Source: Trichoplax adhaerens
Lineage: Eukaryota; Animalia; Placozoa
Direction: 5' to 3'
Assembly (NCBI RefSeq): GCF_000150275.1
Contig: NW_002060946.1
Location: 7,235,855 to 7,299,854 of the forward strand
DNA length: 64,000 nucleotides
How positions within the stretch are numbered: the first letter of the stretch is position 1; every line of letters begins with the position of its first letter. The position numbers were made by a program, and so were the translations under genes. The notes under the pieces are model-generated. The model was not told the DNA's origin, made no database searches, and worked only from the letters and a program-made list of their open reading frames with translations. Of the stretch, positions 28,722 to 40,099 are shown piece by piece.

Positions 28722-30728
28722 TCAGGTTTGCATATTTTCTGGACAGTGATCACGCTTTTCTTTTTTTTTTCCACGACGTTTCTTTCCAGAGGATGGATTT
28801 TGAAAGCCTCGACCTTTCCCACGGCCAAATGAAAATTGTTTGGGCACCCTAATTTGTTTTATAAGGAATATTTTTAGTATTAGTTTACAAAGTATATTCC
28901 ATGGTAAAATACGAATATAAGAGCGTATATAATCCGTCATGACTAACCTATCTTGTCCTTTACTTCGAGATTCAGTGGAGAGGAATGAATCTACCGACGT
29001 CTATACAAGATTACAATAAATAGTTGTTTTAGTAACAATTCTATTGCAATTCAACTTGTACTTTAATTTATTTTTACTACACACACATACCATATCGCTA
29101 AATTTGGCCTCCTCAATATCCATTCGATCTTTCACCGGGCTCACATTTTCTCTATCGTAAGTGAATAATAAAATAGAGAGATGTTATAATAAGCTAGAAA
29201 CTACCGTTAACTCTGCACATTAATAGGTGCTACGGATAGCGTACAGTTGCTTTTTCTTTGTTGTTAGCTTGGTAGCAAATCGAAAATTTTTTGGATATTG
29301 ATGGACTGTTATTAAATGTTTCAATCGAATATCACTTGTAGCAAATTTTTCCTGACACCCGTCCACCAAGCACTCATACTAGAAAAGAAATAATATTTGT
29401 AGATTACTAACAGAATCTATAATTTTATTTACAAAATTGTAGTGGTAAATGCAAATGACAAACTAAGAATCATGGCCATGAAAAATAATATATTTGGAGA
29501 GAGTAGAGCCGGTATTTCCGTACCATATTTTGTTTTTGACATAACATTTCAAATAGAGTGTCATGCGATTCTAGTACATGGATCTCGAGAAATCGAGATG
29601 ATGGAAAATTTCTTCTACAATGGTTGCATATATTGCGATGGGTGCTATTGTAATGGTTCTCGAAGCTATTAATGAAATGCAATGTTATAGTTAGGATAAC
29701 GATATTGATGGTCGGTAAGGTAATGGATAAAAGATAGATCAGTATCTACTGTAGTCATAATATAGGAATAAAGAAGAAGGAAAAATTCAATCCTGAAGGT
29801 TGCAACCTGGCGATTGAAGTGAAAGCTTTGTCACAACTGGCGATATTACACGTTATTTCTTTCCTAGATTTAAGGCAAAAAAGAAAAATTAATTTGCTAT
29901 TATTAAAACAATGATAGCGAATTGACTGTATGCATTCAATTATGATAAGTACTATGACTATTCAAAGTTCCATCATCAACGACAGTGAATGTGCTATATA
30001 ACAAGCATTAAATAGTCCTGATTTGATGTACTGTATTTCGCATAATGAATCCTCTTTAGAGCGTCAGAGAGCATTACGTTAATCATGATCATCCTTGTCA
30101 ACAAGAGATCTAATTTATACTTAATCAGTTATTTACGTGCCTTTTATCCGCGAAAGCCAAATCCTCCAATTCTTCAGCTAATTGCTTAACACCTCCATAG
30201 CAACATGCGTCGCCATCCTATAAATCATTCAATAATAGTTTAACGACTACATTATCGAAGTAAAAGGTATCCGTTCTACGTTGCAAGCATGATGTTCATT
30301 TACAGTTCATGCAATCTAAAGAGAGATTGATGCTATGGAAAAAGGCATTCTCTACCCTTGTCTCATTTACTACTGCACACGCTACGCAATCACTTATGGT
30401 AAACTGACAAGGATTTTGAGTTTCAAAATGTAATGCAGAAATTGAGATCAATTTGACTAATCCATAGTAGTATGGAATCCATGCAATGGGTAGTGCACCA
30501 TGTGTCGAAATGGAAGCGTTAATATAGTGTGCACTGCACAGTATGTAAGCTAAAACCAAGTAGAAAAAATGCAATTTCTATCCTTGGCCACTAGCTTTTA
30601 TATACGTACTATCGAACGAAGATGAAAACAACTGCGGAGATTCTCACCTGGAAGAATGAATCTGTTGGGACGAATTTTCTCTTCAACGGCATCATCCAAT
30701 TCAGCTTGATTTCCCTGTCTGTTTGCAT
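28722..30728 (-). CDS. ZNF511: C2H2 zinc finger protein 511
   Basis: Multi-exon model: MQTDREIKLNWMMPLKRKFVPTDSFFQ|DGD...CNIASCDKAFTSIASFENHYNSTHRNICNHCRRNFPSSRFLEIHVLESHDTLFEMLCQKQNM|YECLVDGCQEKF...HLITVHQYPKNFRF...RVPKQFSFGRGKGRGF. This matches the ZNF511 fingers and its C-terminal FGxG.RGF motif. Confidence 0.92.
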
Positions 30729-30929
30729 ACCTTGAAATGCTTCAGCACTATTTGGATGATTGCATGATCGAGGTGGAAAGTAGTCAGGTCGATATCACCT
30801 TTGAGTGAAGATTTTTGCATTAACTCTTGTTGGTCTCCGAATATGCTCAACTAGCTCTCTCGATATCAGACCAATAGTGGATTACTTTTCAAAAGTCCCG
30901 CGGCTGTTATGGTTACCGTATGAGCAAAG

Positions 30930-31062
30930 TGTGCTGTACGGTACAGTACAGTATATCACAGTCCTATAGTACGTTATAGTGAGTACAGTGTGGTAGGTAG
31001 AATACTGTACACCATACAGTATAGTACTTTTCTCCCTATATACTGTACATATATATATACTG

Positions 31063-31098
<36 letters not shown>

Positions 31099-31360
31099 CA
31101 TATATACAGTATGTATGTTAATATGTACTGTATATGGTATATATTGTTACATATACGGTATGTATATATATATATATATATGCTACGGTCAATATATATA
31201 TATAATGTGTATATGTATATTTTTATATATGTATGTATATACACTATTATACAGTATGTATGTTAATATTTACCGTATAGGGAATATGTTGTTACATATA
31301 CAGATATATATTCGTAGATACAGTATGTATATAATATATACTATATATATGTATATGTTG
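30930..31360. repeat. TACAGT-rich tract followed by compound (TA)n/(TATG)n microsatellite with an internal ~145-bp duplication
   Basis: Directly visible. ACAGTATGTATGTTAATAT recurs at ~31106 and ~31251. Confidence 0.92.
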
Positions 31361-31384
31361 ATGAGCCTTATTGGCAACTAGCCA

Positions 31385-31900
31385 TTTTGTATGGCATATT
31401 GAATACTTTATTTTCTATTTATAGCAGTATATGGCTATCATTTTCTTCCTTTTCTTTCATGGCAGTACTGTTATGAGCGGTGTATTTTATTATGCGGTCT
31501 GTATCTCCCTGAGTCACTAAATCGTTTTCTAGGCTTTTATTTAGAACTAGTAAGACGCATTTGCAGTATTGTATGCTATTCCTACACAATGTAGTACTCT
31601 ACGACATGAAATAGGTTAGCATATCGTTGTGAGTTGTGCATTTTGCTATACAATTTTCTGTAGTTCCCCGAGTCACGGAATCGTTGGTTTGATTTAGAAG
31701 GTTTCACTAGATCTACAGTATTGTATGGCATAGTGTTGTAACATGGATTTTAAAGTGGATATTCTCGTCGAAATTTCTCTTCCAAGTTATTGTGAGCTGT
31801 ACGTTTTACTGTACAAGTATAGTCTTTTGCAGAAAGTTTTCGTAAAATTCCCGGAGTCTATGCATCATCGACGAACCCTATTTAGAACTAGCCCATACAT
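31385..31900. repeat. Highly diverged ~170-bp tandem repeat (about 3 copies)
   Basis: CCC(T/C/G)GAGTC...ATTTAGAA blocks occur at ~31507, ~31667 and ~31850, each preceded by a (T/G)TGAG(C/T)(G/T)GT-like block. Confidence 0.55.
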
Positions 31901-33317
31901 GATAATGAAATCGAACGGATCATCCGCTAATTGCTAATCTAATCTTAGCGTGTATTGACGATACTATACAATGTCCATATTAGCTTATAGTCCATAAAAA
32001 TACCAGCAGAATCACTTCCCCATCGTCTTTGCTACAGTAGTCCAGTTTGTAATGTTATTGCCCACTTATCTACTAATTAGGCACACTAATATCGATCATG
32101 ATGATAATGCCTATAAAACAGTAAAAATAACGTAATACAATTAGAACCATACTAGGCCACAATCTAGAATATATATATACGAGTAGATGTGTGTTAGCGT
32201 ATTGGGTTCAGAATCCTTTCCCTGTGTAGCAGTATATATCTCTCTCTCTACCTTGTACCTGACGGACTTACAGTAATAAAGTTCTCTTCTCTGAAACAGC
32301 TCTTTCTCGTCTCAGTCTATAAGTAGAAAGACATATTAATTACACGGTTAATACAGTACTCATGCAAGACGTAGAGTACATAGTGTTCAACACGAATCGA
32401 CAGCTCGTCAAACGCCACCACAATCCAGTACCTTGGACTACTAAATCAATTTAGTATTTATTGAGTAGTCCATGACTTTACGTACTCCTTTTGGAGAGTT
32501 TATCGCTATTCGGTCTAAATGAACCACACTTATACAGTACTATACTCGTCGAACGTGAAAAAATAGCCCAAATGCTGCCAGTTGATTCATTCTTACTGGA
32601 TATGCTCATACATAACTCTACCTTTGCTGCGATACTGCCATAGGATGTCCCTACTCTTTTACTAGTACAGTCATAAAGTGAACTCAAGTCGTGCTTTATA
32701 TGCTGTTGTCATGACTAGCATAATTTAGACCTGCATCCTGTAAGCTTAGCTGGTCAATTTGCCTGGGTGAAAAGTTATCCAGTAGAGAGGAAACAGTCAG
32801 CAAAGCAGCTAGCAATCCTGCTATGACGGTTGTCGTCCTATTCGATACAGAAATTTTCTAGTAAGATTGAACGAAAAATAAATCAAAAGAAATCCATAGC
32901 CCCTTTTCTATCTCATAATTTGCTATAGCTCACTATGGCAATAGAGAGAAGCAAATTTGTTAATCGATTCTTGTACAGGATAATATCGATAGGATAAAGC
33001 TCTGTTCGACATTTTTGGTCATCAATAGTCCATGGCTGACGGTGAGAGCATGGATAGTGACATTACTTCTGCGAATAACTTGAACTCCTCCATGTTAAAA
33101 GCATAATAGACCGGATATGAGTACGTGACTGGGCTTGACAGTGCAGTTGTCTTGCCTGTTGTTTAAAAAAGTTGTCACCCTCATAAAGAGACTAGCCCAT
33201 CGATACCTCTGTACCACTAGGGCGCGGCTCCTCTTGCAGGCCGCAGACGACGTACGTGGTACATGATTACACAAGCGCACAACGACTTCAGAGGCGTCCA
33301 CTTGTAATCCCTGCAAC

Positions 33318-36300
33318 ATGGCGACTTGTCGAGGTCGATGGAAATCCAACTGGAATCCCATATTGCTCATTCTATTGGTTGCTGTTCTTTGCTATGTATC
33401 TTGCCGAGAAGAAGAACCATCTCGGAATTACCAATTGCCGCAACACGATGGTAAAAGAAGAGTTGTGGAATTAACAGAAAGCAATTTTGGAAGATTGAAA
33501 AAAAATTCCGAACTTCTCGTCATCCATTTCGAGATGCCACATTATGGGCAAGAAGATGGCAAACGATCGGCTAAATTTATGCGAGATATGCTAGAGGTAG
33601 ATCATATTAATTTTTTTTTCAGTACAGTCTTTCGCTTAGATGGATCATACGTAATTAGACAGGCCTCAAGAGCTCTAGTTGATTATAGCTATTCATAGAG
33701 TACAGAGCCTGTTAAGTGGGACATGATCCGAAATAGCTTACCTCTAATTATATAATTAATTACAGACGATATCTGAGATCAATAGATACAATCTTGTTAT
33801 GTTAGTTGAACAACGGATGATTGTGACACTAATCACATAGCCTACTGGAACATTTTATACAGTAATAGGTACTATATCTTGATGCTTTTATCATACTGAA
33901 CGGTAACTTGAATTTTCAGCTCACAGCTCAGTTGTCAGAATCGAAAGGAGTTAAAGTGGCAACTCTAGATATTGTAAAGCAGATTGGACTGGCTCAAAAA
34001 ATAACAACAGGTATGGGTTAGACAACTTGATCTTATTCTTGTTCGCTATTGAATGATGCTATAGATTAGATATTTTGAAAGCAAGCAAATACAGTCATGC
34101 AGATATTTTCATACCTACATTATCATTTGATAATCCGATTTCTCTATTGCAGAAAGACAATATCCAGGCTATATTGCTACGCATTATAAAGGCAACATTA
34201 TCCCGTTCCATGGCCACAGGTAACGATGCTAAATTTTGAAGGATAACAAAGAAGCCTTGGTTGTATTAATAATATGAAAAATATCGCTATACCTATTAGC
34301 TACTAAAAATGATGTTGATTAATGTCAGTTAGAGTATTGATTTGTAATATACTTTTTTCTTATTATCTTCTTTTTCAAGATCTGTGGAAGTTTTATCAGT
34401 TTTCATCATGAGGGTAAGATAAATTGGTAGACTGAATGTTTACGGTGAAAATAAAACACTGATTATTATTTTTTCTTTGGGATTCTTTTAATTAGCCTAC
34501 AGCTAAAGTGTATCCAATTACTTTAATACTGCGTAAATCGTGCGATTGTATATTTAACGTATTATAATTTTATCCATTGTGATATCCTTTCACCAGACGT
34601 AGCAGTCATTGTTTCTTATAATTTTAACCAAATAGCTTGATTACCTCATATGCTACTCCGATTGATACTGCACTATACTGTAGAATATCGAGTATACACT
34701 AGTATATCCTATACTTGGGTACTTCTTGTCTTCGATATTATACATTGTATCATTTATCCATTGATTGTATGCTACCCCGATGGTTACTGCGCTATAGAAT
34801 ATAGAGTATACACTAATGCAAACAATACTTGGATACTTCTGGTCTTCGATAATAAACATGGTATCATTTACCACTGATGGTATGCTACCCCCAGTAATAC
34901 TGCACAATAGAATAGCGAGTATACACGAATGTATCCAATACTTGGAGACTCCTGGTCTTCAATAATAAATAATGTATCATTTACCCATTGATGGTATCAA
35001 TCGGAAAATAAGCTATTTTAAAAGCTTGGAAAAGGAGTTTGTGTAATAACTTATATCAAGGTGTTGGTTTATGTTAGCTGTTAGAAGATCCTGTCTACGA
35101 AATTGACGGAAAAAGTCGTAAAAAGCTATACGATTCTGTTGAACTGCCTAAAGTTATTGGTTATTTCGAAGGAGATGAGAGTAAAGGTTAGTGAGATGTT
35201 TCAACCAATTATGCTAATGTTCTACTGATAAAACTATATAAACAAAATTTCTCATCTTCTATAGTGAACGCTCATTTATCCATAAATATATATGATAATA
35301 CTTGCTATATTTTAATGCAGAATATAAAGCTTTTGAAGAAGCTGCCATCCCATTCAGGCCTTTAATGATGTTTTATAGTGTATTTAATAAAAAAGTATGT
35401 AGCTTATTTCCTAAATCTGCTCCTTGATAGATATAGTAGTATTCACACTATCAATTATGTTTTATAGATAGCGAAAACGTTACGTCTGAAGAAACAAAAC
35501 ACAATCACTTTCACTAAGCCTTATGAAAAACCAATTCATTTTAAGGGAGAAGTGAGTCGTCAAAATGTTTTTCTATATCTTTAAAAATGTATCTTGACAT
35601 CAAGCACACGTACACTTAACACTAGGGTAGACGATAATATTTACTAATGTTTTATTCTTGATTGAATGTAGCTGACAAAAAGTAATTTAATCGACTTTAT
35701 TAAAAAGAATAAAAAGTAAGACATTTATACAGTATCATTTCATGGCATTGAAATTCTAATTCTATTGCCTGAGATCGTTGTGTAACACGGAGTCTTTACA
35801 AATTATAGGCAGCAGTTGACTAAACTCCATGTGGAATCCTTACATGAAAATTGGGTAAAATTGATCATGCGATCATTCTAATTATTTTGCCAATATTACT
35901 ATGATATTTTCTAAAATATTGTTTGCACCTATTAACTGCTTATGCATCTTCTGTACGTATATGTAGCCGATTTTTATGAATGGTTATCTTATAGCTGCAT
36001 TTATTCGACCTAAATCACATGGTAATTATTATAACGTAAAACAGTACTTGTAATACTATATAGTAATAGTAGTTGTATACTACGTTGAAATGGTTAATAT
36101 CGTCAATATGGGCTAAATTTATCTGTGAAATTTTTACTTTTTTAAAACATATACTAATTGCTGTATCATTAATCTATTCGTATAGACGGTGTAAAATTCT
36201 TCCCGATAGTGAAATCCTTAGCCAAGCAATACCGTAAAAATGAAAAGACAGCCTTTATTTGGGTTGATCCTGATGAATTTCCAAACGTTAGTGATGTAAA

Positions 36301-36776
36301 AATAGTCTCACGTTGATTTTGTAAATAGACAATTTAGTATTAGCATTGTAGTTCTCAAAACATAACAATTGACAACAGTAGAATTTGGCTTAATAGCGTC
36401 TTATTATACCGATATTTGATAAAAAATATTAAATGTATTTGTAGATGCACGAGTATTGGAGAAGTGGGTTTAACATCAACATCGAGAACAATATTATTGG
36501 AGTAGTAAATGTGACTTCGGTAAGTTGATAATATAAAAATAACACAGTGTAGAAGTTATAATGCTAATATATACCAGTATCAATTGCAAGGTGCAATTTC
36601 TGTATGTGTTTTTTACTTTATAGAACGAAAGCACTTGGTACCGTAGAACAGCGGAAGATAAAACGACCGTAAAGGATTTAAGTACATGGCTTGATGATGT
36701 TATGGATGGAAGTGTCATGTTTGATTCATTTAATTCCAAAGCTCGTCATCCAAAGAAAAACAAACAAGAATTATAA
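33318..36776 (+). CDS. CASQ: Calsequestrin homolog (signal peptide, three thioredoxin-like folds, C-terminal KQEL)
   Basis: Thirteen exons give LPQHDGKRRVVEL...MLELTAQLSESKGV...LLEDPVYEIDG...KVIGYFEGDESKEYKAFEEAAIPF...KLHVESLHENW...DGVKFFPIVKSLAK...FIWVDPDEFP...YW...IGVVNVTS...WLDDVMDG...KKNKQEL*. It aligns along its length with recalled human CASQ1 (YDG.DRV, LELAAQV, LEDPV, YKAFEDAA, WIDPDDFP, IGVVNVT). Confidence 0.93.
34649..34997. repeat. ~115-bp tandem repeat (3 copies) in a calsequestrin intron
   Basis: TATGCTAC at 34649, 34768 and 34881, each followed by GAGTATACAC...ATACTTGG...GTCTTC...GTATCATTTA. Confidence 0.9.
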
Positions 36777-37068
36777 AATGATGACATATCTCGTTTTTAA
36801 AATATGCAGCCGTTTAACTCAAACTATTGTATGTTTTTATAATGCCGGCGTTCATCTAATAATATGTTTTCGTTGAGAAAACTTAGATAATATTTTCTGA
36901 AAAATTTTTCTTATCCTTCAACACAATACGAATGATTGTAATTGTCGGACGTATACATCTGAAATTAAAAACCCTGTAACTCTGAAGTCGAAACAAAATT
37001 GTTCCTAGTTTGTGTTGAATTTTCTGAATAGACCTCTTTCCAGTTTGATGAATCTTTAATACCTCCAA

Positions 37069-39673
37069 TTATTTTTGATGAGCTTTCATGATTTGTCTAG
37101 CTTCTGCTAAAACTTCACCACCGTGATTTTTTAAGATCATTTCAGCTACGTATTTACCTAATCTTTCTGCTTCGATTAAAGAATTGCACATCTCGGAGGG
37201 ACAGAGAATTGATGATAAACTTTCGTAATTGCTTTCGCAATCATCTTTAGCATTTAATCCTAATCATTAAAAAATGCAGTACAAAAATATTACTACGCTT
37301 GTTAAAATTTCCAAAATGAGTGTTTTGCGTTTACTAATAGTAAGCCCATGCAATTTCGATGATGTCAATTACCGGAAATAGTACACTCATCAGAATATTG
37401 GACACGTTTGCTGCCATCAAGACTAAAGACCGCTCCAGTTATCTTTAGCTAACAGAATAGAACTTTTTAATACTTGCATGAAGTTGTAGCTAGCGCTAAC
37501 ATACGAGCAGCCCTGATTTCGTACTAATTTACCTTATTTTCAGTAAATTCCGTATAAACTCCGATTGGTACACTACAGCCTTTATCCTATGTCAAATGAT
37601 GATGATGAATTTCAATCGAAATGTGGTGGCTACATATCGTAAAAATTAGTTTTGAGTTCATTATTGAAGTATCTATTAAACATACCAAAAAACGAAGAAA
37701 GGCTCTTTCAGCAGCATTACAGACAAGGCTATCGAAATCAGTATAGGCAGAAATGAGTGAAAATGTCTTTTTATCATTCTTTCGTATCTCAATGCCAAGT
37801 GCACCCTGTCATGAAATATAACAAAAAACACCGTTCATTTGAAAATCAAGAGAAACCTTTTCTTTCATATGTAGTCTAGATTTTTAATGTGTTGAACCTG
37901 TCCAATAGCATATAGACATTCATCCGGAGTTAATTCCTAACGATTTTAAAATAAAATTAAAATACTCGCACATATTACTGAAAGGTACTAAGTTGTCCTT
38001 GAGTGCATGATACTGTACTGTAGTAATGGCAAGACACACTAGCCTGATCAATTCGCTCTTGCCAACCCATTCGTACTACGCCGGCTCCAGCAAGGACCAA
38101 AGCATCATATATTCCGCTTTCATCTAACTTTTTAAGCCTTGTATTTAAATTTCCACGCTATTGCATTAAGTAAAAAGGACAACATTCAAGATGTAATCAG
38201 TCGATAATTGTAAGGATTTATAGATGACAGAAGTCTTGTAATGCGATAATGGCAATTACAACATTGTCAATTTCTGGATGAATGCATTTTGCTGCAGACC
38301 ATAATACAGCTAAGACAAATTATGAAAGAGGTAATAATCTAATAAAACTTACAACATTCTCGAATTTTAGATGAGGGAAGCGCCTTTTCAATTGGGCTAT
38401 TCGTCTTAGCGAACTTGTTCCAATTACGCTACCAAATATAAATGCAATAATATATTCAGCAATTATAAATCCTAGTGTCTAGCTCATAAAGGTTTGGGTA
38501 GAATTTTAGTGCAATTCTCCTTAAGTTACTTGATACTCCATCGTGCATTAACCTATTGCTGTACCTATTTTGTGGTAAATCGGATAATTTGGACTTTCTA
38601 TGCTTAGGATTCATTAAGACCACATCAGCAGTCATGGCTCTTCTATATTCATCAAATTGCAGAAATAGTCTCCATATTAACGTTCGGTTGCACAAATCGT
38701 ATAGCTGTTATTAGCGGGGCAATTAGCGCCCTACAGTCCTATATTACGCAAGTTGAATGGCTATAGAAGAAAGTTGATTACTCACTTTCCAATAGCCGCG
38801 ATGGCCAAGCCTTCTGGTAAGGTAGAAGGTACATCTTTTAATGAATGAATAATCAGGTCAATCCTACAAAGAATGATCATCCATGTTATGATTATGTTAC
38901 GATAGAGCAATAATAATCTTTATCTTAGAAAGGATTGAATGATGCTGTATTTTCATACTTATTGTCAGTCAATGCAACCTCCAAATCTTTGGTGAAAAGA
39001 TTTGTTTGGCCAATCTTTAGGAATAGCCATTGGATGCCGATAGCAAACAAGTGTTTGTTGCATTGATGTAAAGGAAAAGGGTACAATATTATTTTTTGTT
39101 GAGTGTGTTAAATTAGTTATTATATTTTAATTTCTTTGTATCTCTATTTAGGATAGGGCATAAAAAACCAAATGGTCGAATTCCAATTATCCTCTAACCT
39201 CAGGCAATGCCTTGTCCAGAACTCTATCACCAATTGTATCCATGGTGACTACGATATCAGGTTATGCAAAGTGGCGTAAAACATGTATGATCATGATATT
39301 CATTTTATTCATTTGGCAAATATATTATTTTACAACATTAAGTTACGAATTTAACTGTTCTGCTGTTAAGTGATTACTAATGCAATCCTTGAAAAGGGTA
39401 CAAGTAGAATAGGCTAAACTGCATGATCAGTAATACGCACCTATTTCAATTCGAGCTTTTGGATGTATTTCACGCAAGGCATCAACAACACTGTGAGTTT
39501 GAATCATTGCCAACTAGATGGAAAATGGAAAGATGAATGAGTAAAAGATCGCATAGCCTAACTGCTTAAAATGAACTATTTGGTTGTGTTATCCGATCTA
39601 CTAGTCCATGCAGGAGTATAACCTGGCTTTTTCGAGTTCCAATTCGAACAACAGTTTCTTCCATGTCGGACAT
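37069..39673 (-). CDS. HMBS: Hydroxymethylbilane synthase (porphobilinogen deaminase)
   Basis: Spliced product [23 protein letters not shown]...[11 protein letters not shown]...LFTKDLE...HSLKDVPS...[12 protein letters not shown]...[12 protein letters not shown]...YAIGQGALGIE...[18 protein letters not shown]...VFSLDGS. The catalytic Asp and the cofactor-binding Cys are present. Confidence 0.97.
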
Positions 39674-40099
39674 TTCGTCTCGTTCTCTCTAGGGGGGCAC
39701 AAGCTCTTAGCTAGGCACAAAATGGACTAGGCACTGGTGTAAGCCTGGCTCTTATTCAAGCCAGTGATACGCACTAAAATGGCATTGATGTTTTGTGGCA
39801 TCGATCCCTGACCGTAGAGATCGCCAAGTCACATACTACGCTATATAGTGCTATGACTTGTATGAGTATGGTAACGGACAGACAGCAATCAAATAATGCA
39901 TACTGCGCAGTCTGCTATAGGCACTGGAAACGCTTCTTCAGGACTACGGCATCAGTGCTGCTGACATGATATAGTCGAGCGAGCGAGGGACATAGTAGTT
40001 ATACTCGATAGATCAGTTTCCCTGAGTCCTTTAATAACTATATCGTAGCCATATTCGACATGTACGAAATATCACTATTATAGGGGACTACTACTTTGA

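Noticed and set aside
30882-31381. YI-rich ORFs on both strands
   Set aside because: Translations of the (TA)n microsatellite.
39685-39700. CTCF-like CTCTAGGGGGGCAC next to the HMBS start (similar CCACTAGGGCGC near 33214)
   Set aside because: Partial matches only, and CTCF is considered bilaterian-restricted.
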